Below, piece by piece: positions 28,741 through 39,429 of a stretch of 64,000 nt of DNA (position 1 is the first letter of the stretch; each line of letters begins with the position of its first letter). The DNA is from a virus. The stretch spans positions 40,018-104,017 of the IMG/VR virus record IMGVR_UViG_3300007169_000025. One strand, 5' to 3'. Below the pieces are notes generated by a model. That model saw nothing but the letters and a program-made list of their open reading frames with translations. It was not told the origin of the DNA and did no database searches. Position numbers and translations under genes: made by a program.

Positions 28741-29211
28741 ATGACTAAAAAGCTAGAAGAAGAATTTAATTTGCCTTCATTGGATGAAGCCCTCAGCGCC
28801 GCCCAACCATCTCAGACTGATAGCCCTATAGCAACTATACAAACAGTTGAAGATGCTATTACTATAAGTGAAAAAATTAATATGGCATTGAGTGAAGTTC
28901 GTGGTATGGAAGCTCATGATAGCGAAATGGATGATATTGCTAGACAAGCTATAGATAGCTATACTCAGCTTATGGCACTAGGTATGAATATGACTGATAT
29001 GGCTGCTGGTCCCGTTTTCGCTAATGCTGCCAATATGCTTAAAATTGCGCTAGAAGCTAAAGACAGCAAAGTTACTCGTAAGCTCAAACAAGTTGATTTA
29101 ATGCTTAAAAAAGCTAGATTAGATAAAGCTAACGGGGTATCACAGGAAGAAGCAGGCAGTCAATTTGACCGCAATGAATTACTTAAAATTATTAACCAAA
29201 AAGATAAATAA
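28741..29211 (+). CDS. Hypothetical protein, possible terminase small subunit
   Basis: Helical 156 aa ending DRNELLK, gp16-like size and pattern; late leaderless start; terminase large subunit nearby. Confidence 0.45.
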   Translation: MTKKLEEEFNLPSLDEALSAAQPSQTDSPIATIQTVEDAITISEKINMALSEVRGMEAHDSEMDDIARQAIDSYTQLMALGMNMTDMAAGPVFANAANMLKIALEAKDSKVTRKLKQVDLMLKKARLDKANGVSQEEAGSQFDRNELLKIINQKDK

Positions 29212-29261
29212 TTGCATGGCTTGACATAATTAATCAAGCAATAAACTTTTAGGAGAAACAA

Positions 29262-29606
29262 ATGCCACAGGTAAAAGGTAATGGTAAGGGTGTTGCAGAA
29301 TTTGCAACAGGTACACTAATCAGCAGACATAATCTTAAGCTAATCATGGTTGATACTGGTGCTAGCTTAACAGCTGAAGATGATGCTACACGTGAAGCTG
29401 TAGAACGTGCTTTGCAGGTAATTCAACCTCTAGCATACTTCCTACCATCAAACACTAGCGGTCAGATTCACTGCATTGTTGATGGTTCACAATTTGACGA
29501 AGTTGCACTAGAAACACAACTACAGGCTATTGGCACAGACAACGTTAACGGCTACGACTTCTCAAGCGCCGCTGTAACAGTAGGTACAAGTCTCGTAGTT
29601 TCTTAA
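29262..29606 (+). CDS. Small late (probably virion) protein, paralogue family with 55807 and 56249
   Basis: Own late promoter 29203-29210, ttttaggagaa SD and terminator. Confidence 0.7.
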   Translation: MPQVKGNGKGVAEFATGTLISRHNLKLIMVDTGASLTAEDDATREAVERALQVIQPLAYFLPSNTSGQIHCIVDGSQFDEVALETQLQAIGTDNVNGYDFSSAAVTVGTSLVVS

Positions 29607-29658
29607 TAATTATAAGTAGGGCATTTGAATTGCCCGACGAGTAGAACAACGCAATATG

Positions 29659-29686
29659 AGGAAGGGGCCTAGGCCCCTTCCTTTTT
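29659..29686 (+). terminator. Intrinsic terminator (24-bp perfect palindrome)
   Basis: aggaaggggcctaggccccttcct + tttt. Confidence 0.85.
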
Positions 29687-29725
29687 GACTAAGATGATAA
29701 ATAGTTGTAACAGGAGTTCATAACT

Positions 29726-30418
29726 ATGCAACTAAAAGAATTCATCGCCGAAAGCTTCAAAAAAGAATACGCATATAGAGTCAAGTTTGCTGCTAACTGC
29801 GGCGCAGAGCAAATGACTCAGCTTGAAAATGCACTACAAAAATATGGTCTTATCAGTGCCGCTGCTTGGAAGCGCAGACCAATTGAAGAAAATCCAATGG
29901 AATTTGTTCGTGCTAAAGGTGTTAAGTTTGTATCAGAAGTGTGTGCAACAGACGTAGTTCTCAAGTATCCTGTTAATGAAAGAATTTTAGAAGTATGGTT
30001 GGCAGTTAATCTTGGATTACCACACGAGCGTGTTCTTGTTTACGGTGTAAAAGAACCCCGTAGATTGGAAAGTGAAAATGCAGAAGAGCGTACTGAGTTT
30101 AACAAAGACAGAGACGCCAAACAAGAAGAAAGTGTTCTAGCTAATGAAGATCAAGAGCACTATGGTATGCAAAATCCAGACCTGTACAAAGACGGTCCTT
30201 TCTTTGGCGAAGAGTTCAACAAAAAGTTTTTAGACGAGCTAGCAAAGATCAAAGCTGAAAAGGGTGCAGATTATTTCCGTAACTATCCAAGTAAGGACGA
30301 GTTAATGGGCGAGGATCTAAAGCCACTTTGGGACACAATGAACAATACCGCCAATATGGGTAAGGGTATTGAAAATAAAGAAGTTGATGTAATCAGCCAA
30401 AGCGCCAGAAGGAACTAA
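29726..30418 (+). CDS. Putative internal head protein with capsid-targeting-like N-terminus
   Basis: Starts MQLKEFIAE (compare T4 internal-protein CTS MKTYQEFIAE); late promoter 29696-29703. Confidence 0.6.
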   Translation: MQLKEFIAESFKKEYAYRVKFAANCGAEQMTQLENALQKYGLISAAAWKRRPIEENPMEFVRAKGVKFVSEVCATDVVLKYPVNERILEVWLAVNLGLPHERVLVYGVKEPRRLESENAEERTEFNKDRDAKQEESVLANEDQEHYGMQNPDLYKDGPFFGEEFNKKFLDELAKIKAEKGADYFRNYPSKDELMGEDLKPLWDTMNNTANMGKGIENKEVDVISQSARRN

Positions 30419-30420
30419 AA

Positions 30421-32355
30421 ATGAAACTGTTTGAGTTTAATGGACCATCACCCTCCGCTGCACAACCTCAGCCTGCACCAACTGCTCCGGCGCAAGACCC
30501 AAAAGCAAAGGCTGGTGCCGCAGCAGTATCTCGTGCTTTAGGCGGAAAAGTTGATGCAAAGTTTGCTCAAGCAATTGATAAAGCTGAACAGGGTAAAGCA
30601 TTAAATCCAGCATTACTAAAATCCATAGCACCATTTGCTGGTGCGCTTGAAAAGATTTTCGCTGATCCTGCTATGAGAACAAAGTTCTTAGCAATGGTAA
30701 AATCAGTACAAGCTGAAGAAAGTATTAATGAAGATCAAGACAGCGTTGATGCAGTTGCAGGTGCAATTACTCGTCGCATTATGAGCCAGCATGTTGACCT
30801 ACTCAGCAAGTATGGTCCAGTTAAAGTTATGGCAGCTATCGACAACGTAGCAGACTTTGCAGGCAGCGATGGCTTAGACGAAATCGGTTCAAGTGATGTA
30901 AGCATCTGGACCAAGCAAGTAATTCAAGATTTAGAAAGTGGTCACTTTGATCACATGGAAAGTGTACAAGAAGCAGAAGGCGATAAGCCTTATATCTGCT
31001 TGTATGTTAAAAAAGATAAAGTATTACGACACGAATGCTATGCACCAACATCATACGAAGCAGCTAAAAAAGCAGCACAGCACTGGGGACTAAAAAGCAC
31101 AGCAGGTGTTAGTGCTCACTTAGCAGATGATTCAGATGATGTAAAAGAAGACGAGCAGTTAGACGAGTTTCTACCGGCACTGGGCGCAGCCGTTGGCCGT
31201 GCAGCCGTCGGCGCAGAAGCAGGCGCAGTCACTCGAGGCATTGCGGGAGGCATTGGCCGCGCAGTAGGAACTATGGCATCCGATGCGCTTGATGATAATG
31301 ATGAAGATCCAACTGATGCTGATAGCAAAGGTGATGAAGTTGACACAGTAACATTAGACGTTCCGTTATTACTTCGTATAATGGAATATGCTCGTGAAGA
31401 TGCACAAGAAGACATGGATCTGCACGGTGTAGCAGAGCGTATGATCGCAATGGCAAAAGATGGCCCATTAAGTATGGACGACTACGATAGTATCGTAGGT
31501 GATGTAGAAGCACTTCCAGCACCAGATAGCATTAAAGAAGAGTATGGTATGTGGAAGGTAGAGTTTCCTGCACAGCACGCCGGTAAAAAAATTGAAGCCG
31601 GTTCAGTTCATGTAAAAGCACAAAACACCGCTCACGCACATAAAGTTGCTGCCAAGAGAGTTGGTGTTGACCACAAGGTATTCAAGACGAATGTAACTAA
31701 GTCCTCAATCCTTCCAGAAGATCAGTTAGATGAGTTATCACCTCAAACACTAGGTAGTTATATTTCAAAGTCTGTTGCAGACGAAAAAGAACGTCGTGCT
31801 AAAGGCATTAGAATGCGCGATGAACTAAGAGCAGCTACTGGCAAGATGTTTACAGCGCCAATGGATCGTAAACTACACAGTCCAACCGCTAGCCGTAAAG
31901 CAGGCCAAAAGCGTGCCATTGATAAACTAACAGGCGCATCAAAAGTACCTGCTAAAGAAAGTTATTATACACCCGGACCAGAAACAATGCCTGGTGCAGT
32001 AGGACCACAAGAAAATACTACTATTAGTTTTAATCAAAGCAAGACTGTGGGTGATGCTACATTAAATATCAGTGCGTCAGCTAAGGACATGGAAGAACTA
32101 CATCGTATTCTAAAGCTAGCAGGTATTGATTATAATGCAGCAGGCGAGAAAGAAGAGCCAAACATGAAAGATGTAGCAGTGGCTCTTGCACCACATATGC
32201 CAGAAGAACCAGCAGAAGAGCCATGTGGTTGCGATAATGCTGATGTTGCTATCCCAATGGTAGCCGGTCCAAAGCCATTAGACTACAAATATACTACTGA
32301 CAAAACAGCATTAATCAATGCTATTAAAGATAAACTAGCAAAGCGTTTATCATAA
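30421..32355 (+). CDS. Putative internal head polyprotein with multiple (L/I/V)xE sites
   Basis: MKLFE start; short modules separated by SINE, SVQE, QLDE, SIKE, QLDE; LDELSPQTLGSY module. Confidence 0.6.
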   Translation: MKLFEFNGPSPSAAQPQPAPTAPAQDPKAKAGAAAVSRALGGKVDAKFAQAIDKAEQGKALNPALLKSIAPFAGALEKIFADPAMRTKFLAMVKSVQAEESINEDQDSVDAVAGAITRRIMSQHVDLLSKYGPVKVMAAIDNVADFAGSDGLDEIGSSDVSIWTKQVIQDLESGHFDHMESVQEAEGDKPYICLYVKKDKVLRHECYAPTSYEAAKKAAQHWGLKSTAGVSAHLADDSDDVKEDEQLDEFLPALGAAVGRAAVGAEAGAVTRGIAGGIGRAVGTMASDALDDNDEDPTDADSKGDEVDTVTLDVPLLLRIMEYAREDAQEDMDLHGVAERMIAMAKDGPLSMDDYDSIVGDVEALPAPDSIKEEYGMWKVEFPAQHAGKKIEAGSVHVKAQNTAHAHKVAAKRVGVDHKVFKTNVTKSSILPEDQLDELSPQTLGSYISKSVADEKERRAKGIRMRDELRAATGKMFTAPMDRKLHSPTASRKAGQKRAIDKLTGASKVPAKESYYTPGPETMPGAVGPQENTTISFNQSKTVGDATLNISASAKDMEELHRILKLAGIDYNAAGEKEEPNMKDVAVALAPHMPEEPAEEPCGCDNADVAIPMVAGPKPLDYKYTTDKTALINAIKDKLAKRLS

Positions 32356-32379
32356 TATCAGTAAAACTGTTTGTTTTAG

Positions 32380-33975
<1,596 letters not shown>

Positions 33976-34002
33976 TAAATAGTATTAGAGGATAATACTA
34001 TT

Positions 34003-35265
34003 ATGGCAATTGATACTAATGTGCTAGCGGAAAAAATCTTTAATATTTTAAAGGGTTTTGGATACGCTGTAAAAAATTATGATAAGGAAGGAAAGCTGGT
34101 TGTAAATCCACAAGAAGCAACTAGATTTTCTGTATCTGATCCTAATCTTTTAGTACGTCTAGATCTCAATTACGATCTTATTAGTCTAGCAACCAGTGAA
34201 GATTTAAGCGAACACCCTATTAGAAAAATGCTTCAGAAGCTTGCAAGAAGTAACCCACCGTTTACTTTTGATTATAAAGTGTTTGACAAGAAGATCAAGC
34301 CAAAGGGTGAACAAATCAATATTGCACAAAATTCGGAGAAAGACATGGCAGACGTTATGGAAGGATTTGGTGTGATGACAGGGTCAACAAAAACCAGTTA
34401 TCAACCCCTAGACAACATTAAAATTGTTGTTCGTCATAAGAAGGCTGTTAATGAAGAAGTTCGCGGCTCTCGCAGTCGTAACATTCACAGCATTTATATT
34501 CAGCGCGGCGAAGAGCGTTTCAGAATGCAGGAGAACAGTTTAAAGGCTGCTCGTGCAATGGCTCGCCACTTATATGCCGGCGGCGAAATGCATGATACTG
34601 TAGGCGAATCAATTACTCAACTAGCAGCAGAATATCGTAAACTTCAAGAATTTGTGCGTTATGTTCGCAAAGCAAATTTAGTAAATGAATCAAATGAAGA
34701 ATATGTAACACTAGCATTAGAACAAATTAACAGCATTAGAAATACTTTTGAAAAACTCAGTGGTGTTAAGACATATGCTAATGCTGTAGAAAGTTTAGAT
34801 GATTATCAGAATCTAAGTATTATTGAAGAAGATACAACTGAAATTGAACAAAAGTTCGTTGAAACACATTTTGATAATCGTGTTTCAGATGCTATGAACG
34901 GCATCAAGCGAGCAATGGCAAAACAACAAGCATATGAGAGTAGAATTAGAAGTGCAATTCAGGAAGAAACTTTTGAGGGATTAAAAGAATCATTACGTGA
35001 AAGTGATGTGATTGATTTTGAATCACCACATGCACGATTAGGGCATCAAGTAGCACAACTAGGATACGCTGCTCAAAATCCAGTACTAAGCAATCATCTT
35101 CATGGCATTAGTAAAAAATTAAATGCAGGCGGCACACTCAATCAATTTGAGTATGGTACAGTTAAGAGCTGTTTACTCAGTGCTTCCGAAGCTAAAACAA
35201 AAACAATACCGGGCATATCAGAATCGGAACAATACGAAAAATATTTAGAAACATTCGTAATTTAA
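34003..35265 (+). CDS. Late hypothetical protein (possible head/core protein)
   Basis: 420-aa ORF after GATAAATA 33974-33981; several (L/I/V)xE sites; internal SD+ATG at 34345. Confidence 0.7.
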   Translation: MAIDTNVLAEKIFNILKGFGYAVKNYDKEGKLVVNPQEATRFSVSDPNLLVRLDLNYDLISLATSEDLSEHPIRKMLQKLARSNPPFTFDYKVFDKKIKPKGEQINIAQNSEKDMADVMEGFGVMTGSTKTSYQPLDNIKIVVRHKKAVNEEVRGSRSRNIHSIYIQRGEERFRMQENSLKAARAMARHLYAGGEMHDTVGESITQLAAEYRKLQEFVRYVRKANLVNESNEEYVTLALEQINSIRNTFEKLSGVKTYANAVESLDDYQNLSIIEEDTTEIEQKFVETHFDNRVSDAMNGIKRAMAKQQAYESRIRSAIQEETFEGLKESLRESDVIDFESPHARLGHQVAQLGYAAQNPVLSNHLHGISKKLNAGGTLNQFEYGTVKSCLLSASEAKTKTIPGISESEQYEKYLETFVI

Positions 35266-35290
35266 TCAGAAAGTAGCGTATCTTTTCTTG

Positions 35291-35324
35291 GTCCTGCATA
35301 ACTAACATTATGCAGGACTTTTTT
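35291..35324 (+). terminator. Intrinsic terminator
   Basis: gtcctgcataa-ctaaca-ttatgcaggac + tttttt. Confidence 0.85.
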
Positions 35325-35454
35325 ATGGTTTGGCATAAATAAAATTGTAGAAAGTCATTGACTTTATTACAACATGGCAATATACTAAGGCATAGTAGCA
35401 TATCGATGATATGTTACAAAACAAGGCAACAAGGCAACTTAAGGAGAAAACATT

Positions 35455-36471
35455 ATGGCCTCATTAGCTGATATCCGTGCAAAACTTGCACAAATGGAAA
35501 ATAAGCCCGGTTCTAAAGATTCAAACAAGACCGCAGGCGACAACGCAATTTACCCGTTTTGGAACATTGAAGAAGGACAGAGTGCAACGCTCCGTTTCCT
35601 CCCAGACGGTGATCCTAATAACACATTCTTTTGGGTAGAGCGACAGATGATTCGCTTGACCTTCCCGGGTGTTGTTGGTGGCGAAAATAAGCCTGTAACT
35701 GTACAGGTACCATGCGGTGAAATGTATGGTGATAACTGCCCAATTCTAACTGAAGTTCGTCCATGGTTTAAGGATCCTTCACTTGAAGAAATGGGTCGTA
35801 AGTATTGGAAGAAGAAGTCATATATCTTCCAGGGCTTTGTAGCAGAGAATCCGCTAAATGAGGAATCTCCAGAAAATCCAATTCGTCGTTTCGTAATTGG
35901 TCCTCAAATTTTCAATATCATTAAGGGTGCGCTTATGGACCCTGATATGGAAAATATCCCAACTGACTATGTCAATGGTACAGACTTCCGTCTTTCAAAG
36001 ACAACTAAGGGTCAGTATGCAGACTATAGCACTTCTAAGTGGGCTCGTAAGGAGCGTAGTTTAGATGAAACAGAACTTGCTGCAATCGATGAGCATGGGC
36101 TGTATGATCTAAAGGATTTCCTACCAGCTCGTCCAACTGCTGAACACTATAAGGCAATTGCTGAAATGTTTGAAGCAAGTGTTAATGGTGAACTATATGA
36201 TGCTGCTCGTTGGGGTAATTACTACAAGCCATATGGTGTTGAAGTTCCGGCTGGTGCCTCAAGTCCAACAACTCAAAAGGCTAGTGCTCCAGTAGCACCT
36301 AAGGCTGCTCCAGCAGCGCCTGTTGATGACAGTGACGACGATGAAGCACCATTTGATACAACCCCAGCAAAGGTAACGCCTCCTGCAACTCCTGCTCCAG
36401 CAGCGAGCGACGGTGCAAAGAAGTCAGCTGATGACATCCTTGCAATGATTCGTAATCGTAAGCAAGCCTAA
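35455..36471 (+). CDS. Single-stranded DNA-binding protein (gp32-like)
   Basis: LRFLPD, CPI, YWKKKSY, GTDFRLSKT.KG.YADYSTS.W; acidic/Pro-rich tail. Confidence 0.9.
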   Translation: MASLADIRAKLAQMENKPGSKDSNKTAGDNAIYPFWNIEEGQSATLRFLPDGDPNNTFFWVERQMIRLTFPGVVGGENKPVTVQVPCGEMYGDNCPILTEVRPWFKDPSLEEMGRKYWKKKSYIFQGFVAENPLNEESPENPIRRFVIGPQIFNIIKGALMDPDMENIPTDYVNGTDFRLSKTTKGQYADYSTSKWARKERSLDETELAAIDEHGLYDLKDFLPARPTAEHYKAIAEMFEASVNGELYDAARWGNYYKPYGVEVPAGASSPTTQKASAPVAPKAAPAAPVDDSDDDEAPFDTTPAKVTPPATPAPAASDGAKKSADDILAMIRNRKQA

Positions 36472-36484
36472 TTAGGAGCAGTAT

Positions 36485-37591
36485 ATGCAGAAACCTTTTG
36501 ATCTGACCAAGTTTCGTACTGGTCTAACTAAAAACATTACAGGTATTAGTGCAGGCTTCCACGATCCAGTGGATTGGGTCAGCACTGGCAACCTTACTCT
36601 AAACTATCTTATCAGCGGAGACTTTAACAAGGGTATTCCATTAGGTAAGGTATGCGTGTTTGCAGGCGAATCGGGCTCCGGTAAGAGTTTTATTTGCTCC
36701 GGCAATATTGTGAAGAACGCCCAAAAGATGGGTTGTCAAGTTGTTCTTTTTGACTCCGAGAACGCACTTGACGAAGAATGGTTGAAGGCACTAGATGTTG
36801 ATACTAGTCCCGAAAAACTATTGCGTATTTCAGTTAGCATGATTGACGATGTAGCCAAAGCCATCTCAGACTTTATGAAAGACTACAAAGCCAATTATGG
36901 TGCGCTGAAGTATGAGGAAATGCCAAAGTTATTGTTTGTAATCGACAGCCTCGGCATGTTGCTTACACCAACTGACGTTGATCAGTTCCAGAAGGGTGAT
37001 ATGAAGGGCGATATGGGTAGAAAGCCTAAAGCTCTTACTGCCCTGGTTCGCAATACTGTAAACATGATTGCGCCTTTCCCAATTGGGCTAGTTGCAACAA
37101 ATCACACTTATGCGTCACAGGACATGTTTGATCCGGACGATAAGATCAGTGGTGGTCAGGGCTTCGTTTATGCGTCCTCAATTGTTGTTGCTATGCGTAA
37201 GCTCAAGCTCAAGGAAGATGAGGACGGTAACAAGATTTCTGAAGTGCGCGGTATTCGTAGTGCATGTAAGGTAATGAAATCACGTTATGCTAAACCTTTT
37301 GAAAGCGTTCAGATTAAGATTCCTTATGAATCAGGCATGAATCCATATAGTGGCCTATTGGACCTGTTTGAAGCAAAGGGCATCTTGGCCAAGGAAGGTA
37401 ACAAACTTGCATACACTTCTCCAGTGACTGGCGAAGTTATCAAGGAGTTCAGAAAAGGCTGGACAGATGATAAACTACAGGTAATTATTGACGAGTGGGG
37501 TCAAAATCCAATCGCTAGTGCTACATCTGTAGTTGATGCTGATCCTGCTGACTTTGAACCAACAACTGAGGAGTATGCAGATGAGTCCTGA
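36485..37591 (+). CDS. uvsX: RecA-like recombinase UvsX
   Basis: STGN..LN...SG....G.P.G, AGESGSGKS, DSENA, VIDSLG, NHTY, SGG.G. Confidence 0.92.
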   Translation: MQKPFDLTKFRTGLTKNITGISAGFHDPVDWVSTGNLTLNYLISGDFNKGIPLGKVCVFAGESGSGKSFICSGNIVKNAQKMGCQVVLFDSENALDEEWLKALDVDTSPEKLLRISVSMIDDVAKAISDFMKDYKANYGALKYEEMPKLLFVIDSLGMLLTPTDVDQFQKGDMKGDMGRKPKALTALVRNTVNMIAPFPIGLVATNHTYASQDMFDPDDKISGGQGFVYASSIVVAMRKLKLKEDEDGNKISEVRGIRSACKVMKSRYAKPFESVQIKIPYESGMNPYSGLLDLFEAKGILAKEGNKLAYTSPVTGEVIKEFRKGWTDDKLQVIIDEWGQNPIASATSVVDADPADFEPTTEEYADES

Positions 37592-37817
37592 AGTAGTACT
37601 TCTAGGAGAAGTTTGGGATTCAGTTAAATCTTTTATCCCAAGGAAAGAACGACTACAGGCTGCTGAAACACTAGTTAGACTCTTTGATGACAATGTTGAC
37701 ATCAGCGATGTTGAATCTTTTGTCAATGAGTATGATAGTGTTCTAAAAACAGCAGTAGTAAGTCATTTTGATCTTTTGTTAGAAGAAGATGAAGATGAAG
37801 ATGACTGGGAATGTTAA
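37581..37817 (+). CDS. Hypothetical protein with acidic C-terminus
   Basis: gaggag SD before ATG 37581; between uvsX and uvsY. Confidence 0.7.
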   Translation: MSPEVVLLGEVWDSVKSFIPRKERLQAAETLVRLFDDNVDISDVESFVNEYDSVLKTAVVSHFDLLLEEDEDEDDWEC

Positions 37818-37820
37818 CGC

Positions 37821-38282
37821 ATGAGCACCTGGTATAATAAGATCGTAGAAGATCTTAGTGTTATTGTTGATTGCATTGAGTACTTCGAAAACGAGCTTGA
37901 CGAAGCCAGGTACGAGTGTGGGATCAAGGGCAGTCTGGAAAAAGCCAGTGCTGCCCTCCCAGGCATAACTGAAAAGCGATTTAATCAACTTCAAGAAATT
38001 GAAGCAATTTTAGAACATTTAAATATTGAATTACGCAAAGAGCGTAGTAAGGTATTTAGAAAATATCTAGAAAGTTATAATCGTCAGTTAAGCAGCAGAG
38101 ATGCTGAAAAGTTTGTGGACGGTGAGGAGAGTGTAATAACTCTCACTCACCTGACCAACCAGTTCAGTTTATTGCGTAATAAGTTTTTAGGAATTATGAA
38201 AGGCTTGGATACCAAGCAGTGGCAGATTGGTCATATTACTAGATTGCGTACAGCAGGTATGGAAGATATTGTAATTGGCTAA
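37821..38282 (+). CDS. uvsY: Recombination mediator UvsY-like
   Basis: Helical protein, LSSRDAEKFVDGE, KGLD.K.WQ; position after uvsX. Confidence 0.75.
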   Translation: MSTWYNKIVEDLSVIVDCIEYFENELDEARYECGIKGSLEKASAALPGITEKRFNQLQEIEAILEHLNIELRKERSKVFRKYLESYNRQLSSRDAEKFVDGEESVITLTHLTNQFSLLRNKFLGIMKGLDTKQWQIGHITRLRTAGMEDIVIG

Positions 38283-38302
38283 ATATTGTTAGGAGAATAC
38301 AC

Positions 38303-38548
38303 ATGCCACACTTTAAAAAGAAGCCGGTAGTCATTGAAGCTGTTCAGTTTACTGGTACCCTTGACAATTTTGTTGAACTAGCTGCTTTTATGGGTAGCGA
38401 AACATTTATCAATGATGGAAAGATTGAGATTGATACTCTCGAGGGTGTAATGACAGCATCTAAGGGTGATTGGATTATTAAAGGTGTGCAAGGCGAGTTC
38501 TATCCTTGCAAGCCAGATATTTTTGAACAAACTTATGACCCTGTATAA
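38303..38548 (+). CDS. Conserved small phage protein (KKPVVIEAVQ...TLEG...GDWII.GV.GEFYPCKPDIF family)
   Basis: Widely recurring phage motif set. Confidence 0.85.
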   Translation: MPHFKKKPVVIEAVQFTGTLDNFVELAAFMGSETFINDGKIEIDTLEGVMTASKGDWIIKGVQGEFYPCKPDIFEQTYDPV

Positions 38549-38564
38549 GACAGAGGAGAATAAT

Positions 38565-38891
38565 ATGAAAAAGATTATTTCATTAGTTGCTATTTCAATG
38601 CTACTTGCAACACCGGCGGTTGCTGGTCCTAGACATCATGATTATTATAGATCACATAATCATCATAATCACAAAGGCAGTGGCAAATGGGTAGCACCCT
38701 TAATTGGTGGTGTTGTACTTGGTGCAATTATTGCCGATGCAAATGCAAAACAGAAAGAGCGTGAAAATACTCGCAGAGTTATTGTAGTTAGAGAACCACA
38801 ACAGCGTTGCGAAGAAGTTACTATTGTTGTTCAGAATCGCTGGGGTGATGTACTAGAGCGTCGAACAGAGTATCGCTGTACTGAATACTAA
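38565..38891 (+). CDS. Secreted/membrane His-rich glycine-zipper-like protein
   Basis: gaggag SD; signal peptide MKKIISLVAISMLLATPAVA; His-rich stretch; WVAPLIGGVVLGAIIA. Confidence 0.7.
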   Translation: MKKIISLVAISMLLATPAVAGPRHHDYYRSHNHHNHKGSGKWVAPLIGGVVLGAIIADANAKQKERENTRRVIVVREPQQRCEEVTIVVQNRWGDVLERRTEYRCTEY

Positions 38892-38893
38892 GG

Positions 38894-38922
38894 TTGACAA
38901 GTTCCTAATTGGGTGCTAGTAT
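38894..38922 (+). promoter_or_regulatory. Sigma70-type early promoter
   Basis: TTGACA-N17-TAGTAT, TGC extended -10. Confidence 0.65.
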
Positions 38923-38947
38923 CTAGTATACTTTAAGGACTTGTGCT

Positions 38948-39091
38948 ATGGCTAAAAAACCTAAAAAACCCAAGGTTTCTAAACGTAATCCTGTGGCAAA
39001 AAACGCACATGTTTTTAACAGGGCTAAGGTATTTAAAGACCGCAAAAAAGAAGCTAAAAATAACAATTATGATGATGACGTAAGTCATTGA
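38948..39091 (+). CDS. 47-aa basic peptide (RNPVAK...FN...VFKDRKK)
   Basis: Read manually: MAKKPKKPKVSKRNPVAKNAHVFNRAKVFKDRKKEAKNNNYDDDVSH*; aagga SD and own promoter. Confidence 0.65.
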   Translation: MAKKPKKPKVSKRNPVAKNAHVFNRAKVFKDRKKEAKNNNYDDDVSH

Positions 39092-39119
39092 TTTTAATAG
39101 GCCTGCTAAGTCATTGATT
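39081..39119 (-). promoter_or_regulatory. Two tandem IHF-consensus boxes (AATCAAtgacTTA)
   Basis: taagtcattgatt at 39081-39093 and 39107-39119; reverse complement matches WATCAANNNNTTR. Confidence 0.55.
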
Positions 39120-39132
39120 TAGCAGGCTTTTT
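39101..39132 (+). terminator. Intrinsic terminator
   Basis: gcctgctaa-N9-ttagcaggc + ttttt. Confidence 0.75.
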
Positions 39133-39149
39133 AATCAGCTAAAAAAAGG

Positions 39150-39177
39150 TTGACACTCTCCCTAAAGATGTTATTAT
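39150..39177 (+). promoter_or_regulatory. Sigma70-type early promoter
   Basis: A-tract, then TTGACA-N16-TATTAT. Confidence 0.75.
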
Positions 39178-39202
39178 GTATATGTAGGGTAAGGAATAAG
39201 CA

Positions 39203-39361
39203 ATGTTTTCAGCAGTATTAATTCTCGGTGGGGCCTGGGTAGTGTTGAGCAATTTGCTTGACATTCTTGCTGGGCTTACGGGTTTTAAGGGGCTTGATGC
39301 ATTCTTGGGCTATTGGGGCGCAATACTTGCCCTTATTGTTATGCTAAAAATTCTTGCCTAA
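39203..39361 (+). CDS. 52-aa two-TM membrane peptide (early)
   Basis: Read manually: MFSAVLILGGAWVVLSNLLDILAGLTGFKGLDAFLGYWGAILALIVMLKILA*; aagga SD; own promoter. Confidence 0.65.
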   Translation: MFSAVLILGGAWVVLSNLLDILAGLTGFKGLDAFLGYWGAILALIVMLKILA

Positions 39362-39366
39362 AATGG

Positions 39367-39394
39367 TTGACAGCATCCTAAAAGATGCTATTAT
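39367..39394 (+). promoter_or_regulatory. Sigma70-type early promoter
   Basis: TTGACA-N16-TATTAT; near-duplicate of the 39150 promoter (cctaaa.gatg.tattat). Confidence 0.75.
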
Positions 39395-39429
39395 TAATAT
39401 GTAAGTTAAATGTTGTGGGAGACATTGAA

